Shown piece by piece: positions 47,188 through 55,800 of a stretch of 64,000 nucleotides of DNA (positions are counted from its first letter, which is position 1; the number at the start of each line of letters is the position of its first letter). The notes under the pieces are model-generated. The model saw only the letters and a list, made by a program, of their open reading frames with translations. It was not told the DNA's origin and did no database searches. Source of the stretch: Enterococcus phage AllMyExes. Made by a program: the position numbers and the translations under genes. The stretch lies in the sequence record PV544171.1; one strand, given 5' to 3'.

Positions 47188-47565
47188 ATGAACGAATTAG
47201 AGGAACTTAAGAATACGCTGACTAGGCAAAAGCTTTCAATGTTGGAAAGTTACGAAATGAGAGAAGCATCATTTTGGATAATGTTTAATGGGACAATGCG
47301 TACTATCATGTCAGTAGCTGTAGTAGCCTTTGTGAGCTACGCTAAGCATGTAAGACCAGATAATGTAGCCACATGGTTTCTAGCTCTGATTTGGGTTATT
47401 TTCCTAGCAGAAGGTGCTAAAGGTGCTTATGATGCTATTGCATTCGGTATTCACCGCAAAAAATTTGCTAAACATATTAAAAATATGCGTGGAATAATCA
47501 CAATCACACAATTACTTATTAAAGAAGACGAAGAGAAATTAAACGAGGGTAAACTAGATGAGTAA
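47188..47565 (+). CDS. Small membrane protein
   Basis: The RBS is aaggag. The hydrophobic segments are IMSVAVVAFVSYA and WFLALIWVIFLA. Confidence 0.5.
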   Translation: MNELEELKNTLTRQKLSMLESYEMREASFWIMFNGTMRTIMSVAVVAFVSYAKHVRPDNVATWFLALIWVIFLAEGAKGAYDAIAFGIHRKKFAKHIKNMRGIITITQLLIKEDEEKLNEGKLDE

Positions 47566-47788
47566 AGATGAGAAATTAGTTGAGTGGTTTGTAGTTGCTT
47601 TAATGGTGATTATGTGGTTGCTTATCACGTTTAGTATCCTGTACACAATAGTTTCCTTACCTTTCATGGTACATGAAGGGGACTGGCTAGGGATTGTACG
47701 AAACGTACTACTGGACATTATAGTATTGGTAATTGGGGTTGTCGCTACATGGTTGCAATTAAGATTTAAAAAAGGAATGGAGGAATAA
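47558..47788 (+). CDS. Small membrane protein (2 TM)
   Basis: It overlaps the upstream gene by 8 nt. The hydrophobic segments are WFVVALMVIMWLLITFSILYTIV and LLDIIVLVIGVVATWL. Confidence 0.5.
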   Translation: MSKDEKLVEWFVVALMVIMWLLITFSILYTIVSLPFMVHEGDWLGIVRNVLLDIIVLVIGVVATWLQLRFKKGMEE

Positions 47789-47791
47789 TTA

Positions 47792-48166
47792 ATGGGATAT
47801 TTAGAGAGTGCAATTGAAGAAATTGAACGAGTACTACTAGGAAATAAAAGTCGTGACACCGAAGAAGTTTATTTAAACAATGCAATTCGGTATATCAAAA
47901 AAGAGTTAAAGAAAAAAGAGGTAGAGCCAACGTGGTTAAATGAACCACAGACATTGTTCCTTAATTGGTTTAACGAATTATACGCAGTAGGTGGTTTAAC
48001 TCATGTAACAGAGGCAGTAGGTTTTTTAGAATCCACAGGAGGTAGAATTAAGTATCCAGAAGCATATTCTGCTTTCAGTAATTTAAGTGAGAATGAATTG
48101 CTTGAGGTTTACAGTAAATTTTATACAGGGTTATTCTTAAAAGCACAAGGAGGTGAATTAGAATGA
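47792..48166 (+). CDS. Hypothetical small early protein
   Basis: A 124-aa ORF with the RBS ggaatggagg. Confidence 0.5.
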   Translation: MGYLESAIEEIERVLLGNKSRDTEEVYLNNAIRYIKKELKKKEVEPTWLNEPQTLFLNWFNELYAVGGLTHVTEAVGFLESTGGRIKYPEAYSAFSNLSENELLEVYSKFYTGLFLKAQGGELE

Positions 48167-48420
48167 ACTTTCATGGTAAAGTATTTCATGATAAAGTATT
48201 TGACATTCTTTCTCGTGATTACCCTGATTGGCAGAGGTATCAGACAGAGAAACGACCACATCCCAATGAGCTTAGAAAAGACTTTGCCATTGATAGTACA
48301 GATAGTAGATATGAAGAGTATGTTATGGGAGAGTTTAATGTAGAAACGGCTAGCGGAGATGTTAAAGTATACGCAGTAGGAATTAGAAGAGTAGTTCATA
48401 AAAGAGCTGAGGAGGAGTAA
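48163..48420 (+). CDS. Hypothetical small early protein
   Basis: An 85-aa ORF with a 4-nt overlap. Confidence 0.5.
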   Translation: MNFHGKVFHDKVFDILSRDYPDWQRYQTEKRPHPNELRKDFAIDSTDSRYEEYVMGEFNVETASGDVKVYAVGIRRVVHKRAEEE

Positions 48421-48425
48421 ATCAA

Positions 48426-49019
48426 GTGGAGTACACAGAGAAAGACATTAAAGAAGGTATGAAGTTACGTTGCACAGATAATAGTAATGTAGGTTACTGG
48501 GAAGTTGATAAGGTTTACGAGGTAACACGTAATAAAGACCTTGGCTTAGTTATCGCAGGGGAAGGTGAAAGGAGTCACAGAACCGTAAAGTATATTTTAG
48601 GGGTGTTAAATGGTGACAGCAAAATTAAATTTGAAGTTGTAGAGGAAAAGCCTGTACGATTTGCTAAGGTAACTTGTGTATACCCTCCTGATAGAGGTCT
48701 TGTAGAGGTTGGGCATTGTTACAAAGTACTTAAAGAGTTCCCTGAGGGACGTGTGCGTATTTACCTTAATAGTAAACTAGGGAACCATGTGTTACTCCCA
48801 GACCAGTTTGTCTTTGTAGATGAGCCATCAAATGATGGAGAAAAAGACGTAGAAGAGCTAGATGTAGAAGCTAAGATTCTAGCCAAGATTGAACAGTTAA
48901 CAGCAGAAGCAGAACAACTGTTTGCTAAACGTGACCGTGTAAATGAGCAAGCACTTAACTTAAATGCAAAAGCTCGTAAGTTAGAAGAATCTTTAGAGGT
49001 ACTAAGGGAGTACATGTAG
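48426..49019 (+). CDS. Paralog of the 13200..13832 coiled-coil family
   Basis: It has a GTG start. Compare MEYTEKDIKEGMKLRCTDNSNVGYW with MRYTLEDLHAGMKLRCTDDKEFSHW. The C-terminus ...QLFAKRDRV...LEESLEVLREYM matches the family coiled coil. Confidence 0.55.
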   Translation: MEYTEKDIKEGMKLRCTDNSNVGYWEVDKVYEVTRNKDLGLVIAGEGERSHRTVKYILGVLNGDSKIKFEVVEEKPVRFAKVTCVYPPDRGLVEVGHCYKVLKEFPEGRVRIYLNSKLGNHVLLPDQFVFVDEPSNDGEKDVEELDVEAKILAKIEQLTAEAEQLFAKRDRVNEQALNLNAKARKLEESLEVLREYM

Positions 49020-49060
49020 CTAAGTGTTTTTATGATTACATCTATTAAGGAGATGAGAGA

Positions 49061-49903
49061 ATGATTTATTATATTAATTTTTTAGAAGATTTCGCATCAA
49101 GTTGGAGTGCAGATAAGCGTTATCGTGTTCGTAGAATTATGACAACTGGTAGCTACGCTATTATTGACAACTACGGTCATGTCAGGTTTAGCAGTGACAC
49201 AGCACGAGGTGTTCTTAAGAATATAGAGCAGGAGTATGCCACTCATAAGGTTGAGCTTACACTAGCAGAAGAAGAAACAACGAATAAGCCTAGGTTTAAA
49301 GTAGGGGAACGAGTGAAAGTGTCTAATGATTTACAGGCATCCGGGATAGAATATAAGACTCACATAGCCTCTAAGATGCTAGGCTATGCAGGTAATGAGG
49401 CTACTATTACACGTGTTTGGGGGAGTAACGTACGCTACTTTATTAACATCGATGGTATACATCAAGATTGGTGTTGGACGGAGGATATGTTAGATAAGAT
49501 TGAAGAAGAGCCTACACTATCTGTTAGATGTGTTGAGACAGTTCACCCCTTTTGGACAAAAGGTAAAGACTACGAGATAAACCTTACATCCGATGGTCGC
49601 TATCGGGTCTGGGATGATGAGGAAGATGGTAGCAGTGGCAAATCCATAAAAGAACTACTGGACGTTATTAATAGTAGCGGTAACAAATTTGAGCTACTAG
49701 ATGAAACACCCTCAGAAGCAGAACCTAGACTAAACCATGACATGTCTGACTTAGAGAAGATAGAGGCTAAGATTACTGCCTTATCGGAAGAATCTTATCA
49801 GTTGTTCGAGAAGAGTGAAGAGTTAAGTACTAGAGCAATTGAACTGCAAGATGAGTCAATAGCTTTAGAAGAAGCATTGTATACTATTAAACAATATTTA
49901 TAG
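49061..49903 (+). CDS. Coiled-coil family member (divergent N-terminal domain)
   Basis: The C-terminus KITALSEESYQLFEKSEELSTRAIELQDESIALEEALYTIKQYL matches the family tail. Confidence 0.5.
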   Translation: MIYYINFLEDFASSWSADKRYRVRRIMTTGSYAIIDNYGHVRFSSDTARGVLKNIEQEYATHKVELTLAEEETTNKPRFKVGERVKVSNDLQASGIEYKTHIASKMLGYAGNEATITRVWGSNVRYFINIDGIHQDWCWTEDMLDKIEEEPTLSVRCVETVHPFWTKGKDYEINLTSDGRYRVWDDEEDGSSGKSIKELLDVINSSGNKFELLDETPSEAEPRLNHDMSDLEKIEAKITALSEESYQLFEKSEELSTRAIELQDESIALEEALYTIKQYL

Positions 49904-49915
49904 GAGGAGATTTAA

Positions 49916-50545
49916 ATGCGTAAAAATGTAATTTGTAGATTAGAATGTGTTTCAAAAGACAAAGATAGCTTAGGTGAATGGACTGTAGATAATATTTACC
50001 CTGTGTTTGAATCAGAACTAGGGAAAGTATATATCCTCGATGATGAAGGTACCACTTGTTCCAGAGATAGCGTGTCTCTTATTATCTCTAGTATGGCTAG
50101 CTTTGGGGTAACATTTAGGGTAGCAAAAGATAAAGCAGAAGACCCTATCCCTAGCAATCCACAAAGCAGTACATCATTAGAAATAGTTAAAGGGTATGAA
50201 CACTTAGCGGAGTTTATAGACTCATTAAGTAGCAACCAACGTGTAGTGTCTCACTCAGTAGACCCTAACTCTCAATGGCACTATATCATTTATGAAACTA
50301 AGTCAGCTGAATTGGGCGGAGTAACCTTAGAGGAACTACTAGACACACTAGTGTATAATGTACATGTTGTAGTGATGGAACGTAGTAAGAGAACATACGA
50401 GCCACTAGAAAGTCACACGTTTAAGTGGGAATATGGAACAAAGAATACCGAGGATTGGGAAAAAATTGTACCTTTATTAGGTTGCAAGGTGTTTACTACT
50501 AACCTCAATAGTAACCGAGGGTTCCATATTACTATTTTGAAATAA
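49916..50545 (+). CDS. Hypothetical protein, N-terminus related to the GMKLRCTD family
   Basis: It opens MRKNVICRLECVSKDKDSLGEWTVDNIYPV. No coiled-coil tail is present. Confidence 0.45.
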   Translation: MRKNVICRLECVSKDKDSLGEWTVDNIYPVFESELGKVYILDDEGTTCSRDSVSLIISSMASFGVTFRVAKDKAEDPIPSNPQSSTSLEIVKGYEHLAEFIDSLSSNQRVVSHSVDPNSQWHYIIYETKSAELGGVTLEELLDTLVYNVHVVVMERSKRTYEPLESHTFKWEYGTKNTEDWEKIVPLLGCKVFTTNLNSNRGFHITILK

Positions 50546-50549
50546 ACTG

Positions 50550-50578
50550 TTGACAACTACTATAGTCCATGCTATAGT
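50550..50578 (+). promoter_or_regulatory. Sigma-A-type promoter (TTGACA-17-TATAGT)
   Basis: TTGACA is at 50550-50555 and TATAGT at 50573-50578. Confidence 0.55.
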
Positions 50579-50622
50579 AGGTACATAGATAAAAAACAAA
50601 CAATATTAGGAGGTAACGTAAA

Positions 50623-50865
50623 GTGAAAGAAACAGAAAAGAAGTATAGCAGAAAGTATAAGGGGCTAGAATTTGAAATTATTATCACTTATTACCCTGAA
50701 CAAGACATGTATTTTGTAATTGTAGCGAACGGACAGTATCGTACACTAACTAAGGTTACAGGGAAAGAGTGGGGAATGAGTCCTCATACAAAGGAAGCTG
50801 TTATTGAGATGGCACTTGATACATGCTACACCTATATTGAAAATCAAGAAGCGCAAAAGAACTAG
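50623..50865 (+). CDS. Hypothetical small early protein
   Basis: It has a GTG start after the RBS taggaggt. It is 80 aa. Confidence 0.5.
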   Translation: MKETEKKYSRKYKGLEFEIIITYYPEQDMYFVIVANGQYRTLTKVTGKEWGMSPHTKEAVIEMALDTCYTYIENQEAQKN

Positions 50866-50879
50866 ATTAAGGAGGGGTT

Positions 50880-51023
50880 ATGATGGTAGGGGATTTCATT
50901 TTATGGTTTAAACAAGCATGGAAAGAAACATTCTGTATTCATGACTACACGGTTAAAGGTGTGTACAAAACACTAGATAACCATGGGTACTTAAAATGTA
51001 AAAAGTGTGGAAGAATTAAATAG
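50880..51023 (+). CDS. Small zinc-ribbon-like protein (47 aa), below ORF-track cutoff
   Basis: The RBS is aaggagggg. The C-terminus is H..YLKCKKCGRIK. The stop overlaps the next gene's RBS. Confidence 0.45.
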   Translation: MMVGDFILWFKQAWKETFCIHDYTVKGVYKTLDNHGYLKCKKCGRIK

Positions 51024-51035
51024 GAGGACAACAAC

Positions 51036-51368
51036 ATGAACCAGAGACAGATTAAAAAACGAATGAAGAAAGTTTTAGCTATTTTAAATGAGGTAGAAGT
51101 TGTAGATTCAGATTACGATTCAGGTATGGTATTGTATGTAGACGTTGAGGATAACGAGCAGAATAGAGATATTATTAAAGAGGTATGCGGAATCTTAGGT
51201 CTTGATAAAGAGAAGTTTATTGCAGAGTGCAAAGAATCAAGACTCTATGAGGAAACATTGAATTTAGCAAGTTGTTGGCACTATCTTATGCAAAAAGAAC
51301 CTAAAAAACTTACTATTTGGCATAGTGTTAGTAAAGGGTTCTCTTTAGAAAGATACAGTGAAGATTGA
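51036..51368 (+). CDS. Hypothetical small early protein
   Basis: A 110-aa ORF with the RBS taggagga. Confidence 0.5.
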   Translation: MNQRQIKKRMKKVLAILNEVEVVDSDYDSGMVLYVDVEDNEQNRDIIKEVCGILGLDKEKFIAECKESRLYEETLNLASCWHYLMQKEPKKLTIWHSVSKGFSLERYSED

Positions 51369-51432
51369 GTATTGTTATATGAGAAGTGTTGGGCTGTCGT
51401 TATCAGATTTTATTTAAGGAGATGAAATACTA

Positions 51433-52074
51433 ATGTTTAAAAAAGATAAAAAAGAAGAAAAGACTTATAGAGAAGGAGACCTTCTTAAGGCTGTAGGAGG
51501 TTATTATCCGGATGCTAGGTTGAGTTTAGGAATCACATATCCATTGTATAAAACCACCAATGAGGGTTGGTATATTATCAATAACGAAGGTAGTCGGGTA
51601 ACCTTAATCGAAATGGATGCTTTAGGCATTGACTACGCTGTGATGGAAGAACCCTTATTAGAATTAAAAGAAGGAGACCCATTACTAGTCGTGTCCGACC
51701 TTAAGAGAGGTGTTCGAGGCTTAGCAGGTGCAGAAGTACAGTGTTTAAACATTACCGGTGAAATGGCTTCACTAGCAGGTACAGTTGTTCATTATGATAA
51801 AGATATGAGCCATATTGCAAAGGGGCTGTTCACTGTTAAAGAGAACGATTCTTATTGGTGTGTAGCGATTGCTATTCCACTAAATAAAGTAGCTGACCCT
51901 GATTTTGCATTAGAGCATTTGCTTGCTACGTTAAATAAAAAAGCCTCTACTAAACGTCTGATATTGAATGAGATAAAATATGATTTAAACCTTCTTCACA
52001 AAGAGCTAGACGAGGTGTCCAACGAAGTAGAGAAGCTAACAAAAAACATTGAAACAATCTATAATAACCGGTAG
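51433..52074 (+). CDS. Hypothetical early protein
   Basis: A 213-aa ORF with the RBS aaggagatg. Confidence 0.5.
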   Translation: MFKKDKKEEKTYREGDLLKAVGGYYPDARLSLGITYPLYKTTNEGWYIINNEGSRVTLIEMDALGIDYAVMEEPLLELKEGDPLLVVSDLKRGVRGLAGAEVQCLNITGEMASLAGTVVHYDKDMSHIAKGLFTVKENDSYWCVAIAIPLNKVADPDFALEHLLATLNKKASTKRLILNEIKYDLNLLHKELDEVSNEVEKLTKNIETIYNNR

Positions 52075-52085
52075 GAGGTACTTAG

Positions 52086-52529
52086 ATGAGTATGCCGAGT
52101 GATTTAGGGAAAACATTAAAGAAACCTATTGCAATAAATAAGAACCCTGATTTTTATGAGTTAGCGGTAGGTGGTAAAGTTATCTACAACGAAGAAGTAA
52201 TGGAGATTGCTAAAGCTTTCTCTAATAAGAAGACTAAGTATTACCTGTTAAACACACGGAGTAACAAACAAGTATGTGTGCCAGTGTACCATGTAAGACC
52301 TTATGATACCCAAGTAGAAGGTCTTAAACTAGGTGATGTCCTAGATGCTATGCACATTATGACAACTGTAACGTTAAGGGCAGTGAACAAGCACGGGTTT
52401 GCTGTCGATGAGGATATTATTGAATGTTTAGTAGATGACATCCCAGAAAATGCGCTTATTGTTACCAGTGAGGTATCCCGTATTCAGCCAGAGGATTTTG
52501 GTAAGGTAACTATTGACTATTTTGTTTAG
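52086..52529 (+). CDS. Hypothetical early protein
   Basis: A 147-aa ORF with the RBS taggaggt. Confidence 0.5.
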   Translation: MSMPSDLGKTLKKPIAINKNPDFYELAVGGKVIYNEEVMEIAKAFSNKKTKYYLLNTRSNKQVCVPVYHVRPYDTQVEGLKLGDVLDAMHIMTTVTLRAVNKHGFAVDEDIIECLVDDIPENALIVTSEVSRIQPEDFGKVTIDYFV

Positions 52530-52690
52530 ATATGTTAGGATAGACTTAAGATAGGATAGGATAAACTTAGGATGCACTTTGGTTTAGGATAGGTTTAGGA
52601 TAGGTTTAGGATAGGTTTAGGATAAGATAGGATACAGGATAGGATAAACTTAGGATAGACTTAGGATGCACTTTGGTTTAGGATAGGATG
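52530..52690. repeat. Tandem short-period repeat array ('aggatagg(ttt)' units, with a ~35-bp sub-unit 'ggataaacttaggatgcactttggtttaggatagg' present twice)
   Basis: The array was read directly. It reads ggataggataaacttaggatgcactttggtttaggataggtttaggataggtttaggataggtttaggataagataggatacaggataggataaacttaggatagacttaggatgcactttggtttaggataggatggggg. Confidence 0.85.
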
Positions 52691-53134
52691 GGGGATATGA
52701 CTATGAGTTACGTTAATGAGTTTGAAACAATTGGAGATTGGTTAGATAGAGAAATTTATGATGTGTTACTAAGAGATGGGCATGATATTGACGAATTAGA
52801 TAATTGGGGAATGGCTTTATCTGCCTTAAGTGAAGGTTACGTTCTAACAGATGGACTTGACAAACCATTCCTAGAGTTAACTAGAGAAGACCTAGTAGCA
52901 GGCTACAACCACTTTAAAGAAGAACTGAATGGGTGGTTACGAGGGGGTAAACTGCTAGAAGTCTCTGATAACTTATCTACAATTCAGGGGTTCAGTTTTG
53001 ACCATGACGATGTTTTATTCTTAGAGGATAACAACAAAGCTTATGCAATGCTAGTAGGTATTATCATTGAATCAAGAGACACATATAAAAATGGTTTCTG
53101 TAAGGGTCACTATGTAATACCTTACCAAGATTGA
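52688..53134 (+). CDS. Hypothetical early protein
   Basis: It is 148 aa. The first ATG lies within the repeat array, so the true start may be the ATG at about 52700-52706. Confidence 0.45.
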   Translation: MGDMTMSYVNEFETIGDWLDREIYDVLLRDGHDIDELDNWGMALSALSEGYVLTDGLDKPFLELTREDLVAGYNHFKEELNGWLRGGKLLEVSDNLSTIQGFSFDHDDVLFLEDNNKAYAMLVGIIIESRDTYKNGFCKGHYVIPYQD

Positions 53135-53167
53135 GTTAGCCTTATGGCTAGCTTTTTCTTTTACCTT

Positions 53168-53273
53168 AAGTAGCAGGCTACAAAATCTCCTAAGTAGCTG
53201 GCTACAAAACGAAAAATCCTCTAAGTAGCAGGTTGCAAAATGAGAAATCCTCTAAGTAGCAGGCTACAAAATC
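53168..53273. repeat. Four 20-bp iterons 'taagtagc(a/t)gg(c/t)t(a/g)caaaa(t/c)', each containing the dyad gtagc-NN-gctac
   Basis: Copies lie at 53168-53187, 53191-53210, 53223-53242 and 53254-53273. The spacers are ctcc, gaaaaatcctc and gagaaatcctc. A GC-rich stem-loop follows at about 53275-53340. Confidence 0.8.
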
Positions 53274-53403
53274 CGGATGCGCCCGGCTAGCGGTGGAGAG
53301 CCAAGCCATGCGGGTTCACCTTAATAGCTACCGTCCCCAGATTGTCGGTTTTTCTCCCTTTATATAGTAAGAAAAATTATTTAAAAAAAATGAACTTTTC
53401 TAT

Positions 53404-53489
53404 TGACAAAAAACAAAAGCTAGTATAATATAGAGCGTGTAAGGAACAACAACAATAAAAAAAAATAAAGATAAAGGGGCGCTATTAAA
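53404..53489 (+). promoter_or_regulatory. Early promoter + leader (family member, longer leader)
   Basis: TTGACA is at 53404 and TATAAT at 53424-53429. The ATG is at 53490. Confidence 0.55.
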
Positions 53490-53789
53490 ATGAACAAGTA
53501 TAAATTTACCTATGCAGACATTAAAAACCTACCAGAGGAAGAAAAAGAAAAAGAATTAAAAAATCGGTGTGGTGTTTTAGCGGTAGAATGCTTAAGCACT
53601 AAACAGCTACAAAAGAAAAAACCTCGGTTTATGGTTTTCTTAGATACTATTATTTTTGATAGTACCGCAGAAACAGGCGGACAATACGCAACGGCAACCG
53701 TTAAAACCGAACCGATAGGGGACGGACGTTTTCGAGTGTGTGACGGTTGGGGACAGCTTTCTAATGGAATTATTGAACTGTTAAAATAA
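53490..53789 (+). CDS. Hypothetical small early protein
   Basis: A 99-aa ORF with the RBS aaagggg. Confidence 0.5.
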   Translation: MNKYKFTYADIKNLPEEEKEKELKNRCGVLAVECLSTKQLQKKKPRFMVFLDTIIFDSTAETGGQYATATVKTEPIGDGRFRVCDGWGQLSNGIIELLK

Positions 53790-53806
53790 TTTATAAAAAA
53801 AAACTA

Positions 53807-53868
53807 TTGACAAATAACAAAAGATAAACTACAATAAACTTGTCAGATAAAGAAAGGAAGTTATAAAC
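53807..53868 (+). promoter_or_regulatory. Early promoter + conserved leader repeat
   Basis: It reads aaactattgacaaataacaaaagataaactacaataaacttgtcagataaagaaaggaagttataaacATG. Confidence 0.65.
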
Positions 53869-54159
53869 ATGTTTAAAAGATTAGAAGAGTACCGCAAAAA
53901 TTTATCTAATGAAGAACTTAAAATTTTCAACAATACAATGAAGCTATTAAATGATAATAAGACAGACTTTCAAGAAAGAACAAAAAATTTTGATAAAGAA
54001 CTACAATATACAGAGCTAGAAAATGAAAAAGAAAAAATTTTGATAGTATTAGACACTATTCGAGTGAGTAACGAAAATTACAAGAATGTTATATCTGAAA
54101 ACTTATATCATTCTATTAAAGAAATGACAATTATTTTTGAGTTACTTTATAACTTATAG
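53869..54159 (+). CDS. Hypothetical small early protein
   Basis: A 96-aa ORF. Confidence 0.5.
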   Translation: MFKRLEEYRKNLSNEELKIFNNTMKLLNDNKTDFQERTKNFDKELQYTELENEKEKILIVLDTIRVSNENYKNVISENLYHSIKEMTIIFELLYNL

Positions 54160-54179
54160 AAAAAAATTAATCAAAACTA

Positions 54180-54235
54180 TTGACAAAAAACAAAAGATAG
54201 TGTATTATAAATTTATAAGATAAAGAAAGGAAGTT
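54180..54235 (+). promoter_or_regulatory. Early promoter + conserved leader repeat
   Basis: TTGACA is at 54180. The -10 region is gtgtattataaat. The leader is tttataagataaagaaaggaagttatgaacATG. Confidence 0.65.
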
Positions 54236-54565
54236 ATGAACATGAATGAATTAGAAGCAGTGAAAGAATGGAATAATAAAATTGAGGAACAACAAGAAGT
54301 GCTAAACAAGGTTATTACTACTTTTTATAAAGAAATCGACTTAAAGGTTAAAATGGTAAACCGTGGCTTGCTAGGTCAGTTATCAGCTTTTAACGAACTA
54401 AAAGGAATGTTATTAGGCATTGAGCTAATAGCAAAGGTTATTGCACCCGATAACGTGCTACCTATTACAACCCACAATTTTTTAGAAAATTTATTTCTAG
54501 GGGATAACGAACAACGGGCATATGCAAAAGAATACCTAGACGGCTTTTTAAAATCAGTAGAATAA
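54236..54565 (+). CDS. Hypothetical small early protein (N-terminus MNMNELE shared with 56270 gene)
   Basis: A 109-aa ORF. Confidence 0.5.
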   Translation: MNMNELEAVKEWNNKIEEQQEVLNKVITTFYKEIDLKVKMVNRGLLGQLSAFNELKGMLLGIELIAKVIAPDNVLPITTHNFLENLFLGDNEQRAYAKEYLDGFLKSVE

Positions 54566-54600
54566 GGGGAGGAAAATTTTCCTCCTTTACATAAAAAAAA
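54566..54600 (+). terminator. Conserved hairpin element 'gggagg-N-cctcctttacata(g)aaaaaaa' (putative terminator / transcript-end element), copy 1
   Basis: The hairpin is ggggaggaaaattttcctcc followed by tttacataaaaaaaa. Only 3 U follow the stem, so termination may be partial. Confidence 0.5.
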
Positions 54601-54603
54601 TAG

Positions 54604-54660
54604 TTGACAAGTTAAAAGAACCATGATAACATATAAATGTAAACAAGGGAGGGGCTTTAT
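54604..54660 (+). promoter_or_regulatory. Early promoter + leader (diverged)
   Basis: TTGACA is at 54604 and TAACAT-like at -10. The RBS is aagggagggg and the ATG is at 54661. Confidence 0.45.
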
Positions 54661-54801
54661 ATGATGAACGGACTAAAAAGACTTATGAAAGCTAAACGAT
54701 ACAAGAAAGAAGTAAAAGAAATTATCACTATGCAAAAGAAAGCAATAAACGAACTAGAAACATTAAATAAAAATTTAAAATTAATTAATCAAAACTATTG
54801 A
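54661..54801 (+). CDS. Small basic protein (46 aa), below ORF-track cutoff
   Basis: It reads MMNGLKRLMKAKRYKKEVKEIITMQKKAINELETLNKNLKLINQNY. The stop TGA lies inside the next promoter's TTGACA. Confidence 0.4.
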   Translation: MMNGLKRLMKAKRYKKEVKEIITMQKKAINELETLNKNLKLINQNY

Positions 54802-54859
54802 CAAATAACAAGAACTAATGTATAGTAAACTTATCAGATAGAGGGAGGGAGGTTTAAAC
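54798..54859 (+). promoter_or_regulatory. Early promoter + conserved leader repeat
   Basis: TTGACA is at 54798. The leader is cttatcagatagagggagggaggtttaaacATG. Confidence 0.6.
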
Positions 54860-55126
54860 ATGACAAAAGAAGAGCTAAAAAGTTACTTAGAGAATTATAA
54901 CAAGCCTTTTTCAACTAGTATGGATAATGTTTTCTCACTGTTTATAAACGATGTGAGAGCCGTTGCAGATGATTTTAGAAAAGGTGAAGCGTTTATATAT
55001 ACATGTGCCGAACTTATAGAGGAACAAGCCGAAACGCTAGAAAAAAGTGACTTAGAGGAATTAGAAGAAAAATCGGGAGAAAGCCTTGTTATACAGGACA
55101 TAAACGGCTATTTATATTTTGTTTAA
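54860..55126 (+). CDS. Hypothetical small early protein
   Basis: An 88-aa ORF. Confidence 0.5.
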   Translation: MTKEELKSYLENYNKPFSTSMDNVFSLFINDVRAVADDFRKGEAFIYTCAELIEEQAETLEKSDLEELEEKSGESLVIQDINGYLYFV

Positions 55127-55134
55127 AAAAACTA

Positions 55135-55196
55135 TTGACAAATAACAAAAGATAAACTATAATAAACTTGTCAGATAAAGAAAGGAAGTTTTAAAT
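55135..55196 (+). promoter_or_regulatory. Early promoter + conserved leader repeat
   Basis: It is near-identical to the 53807 copy (ttgacaaataacaaaagataaactataataaacttgtcagataaagaaaggaagttttaaatATG). Confidence 0.65.
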
Positions 55197-55424
55197 ATGA
55201 TTATCGCAGAAAATGAGTTATACTTAGTTAAAAATCCATTAAATGAGTGGGATATGAACTACCATTTAATTGAAAAAGAAACAGGAAAAGACTTTTTGAT
55301 TGATATAGGTGACGTGGCAGACAATGAAGAAGAAAGAGAAAAATATGAATTAGGTTTACTATTTTCAGACTTGAAAAATCTTATAGTTGATTTGCTTATT
55401 GAGTATAGTTGGAAAACTATTTAA
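55197..55424 (+). CDS. Hypothetical small early protein
   Basis: A 75-aa ORF. Confidence 0.5.
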   Translation: MIIAENELYLVKNPLNEWDMNYHLIEKETGKDFLIDIGDVADNEEEREKYELGLLFSDLKNLIVDLLIEYSWKTI

Positions 55425-55444
55425 AAAAAAATTAATCAAAACTA

Positions 55445-55506
55445 TTGACAAAAAACAAAAGATAGTGTATTATAGGTTTATAAGATAAAGAGAGGAAGTT
55501 ATTGAC
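55445..55506 (+). promoter_or_regulatory. Early promoter + conserved leader repeat
   Basis: It reads ttgacaaaaaacaaaagatagtgtattataggtttataagataaagagaggaagttattgacATG. Confidence 0.65.
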
Positions 55507-55800
55507 ATGACAGAACAACAATTTAAAAAAGAGCATTTATTAGAACCAACAGAATGGCGTAGTGGGGGCTACTTAGACACTAGTAAAATCAATCAAAAAC
55601 AATCTTACTATATCGAGTCAAGACCTCGTGTATATGGTGGCTGTTATGTTTACCAATATGTTACAATGAAAGATGGCACGGTCTACGAGCTTTACAGCAT
55701 GACGGCAAGCACTAGAGGAATTGTTGCACATAACTGCCACGCTAGAAACGTATTACAAAGAGATGTAAAACAATATAGAGATAGTGCTATTCATTATTAA
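55507..55800 (+). CDS. Hypothetical small early protein
   Basis: A 97-aa ORF. Confidence 0.5.
   Translation: MTEQQFKKEHLLEPTEWRSGGYLDTSKINQKQSYYIESRPRVYGGCYVYQYVTMKDGTVYELYSMTASTRGIVAHNCHARNVLQRDVKQYRDSAIHY

Noticed and set aside
52530-52690. Possible CRISPR array, judged from the regular short repeats.
   Set aside because: The repeat period is about 8-11 bp with no unique spacers of 25-40 bp. There is no leader or cas context. It is a simple tandem microsatellite-like array.
53270-53345. A tRNA-like GC-rich segment, gcgcccggctagcggtggagagccaagccatgcgggttcacc.
   Set aside because: I could not fold it into a cloverleaf. There is no GTTCRA T-loop and no proper acceptor/anticodon geometry. 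It is more likely a stem-loop that is part of the iteron region.
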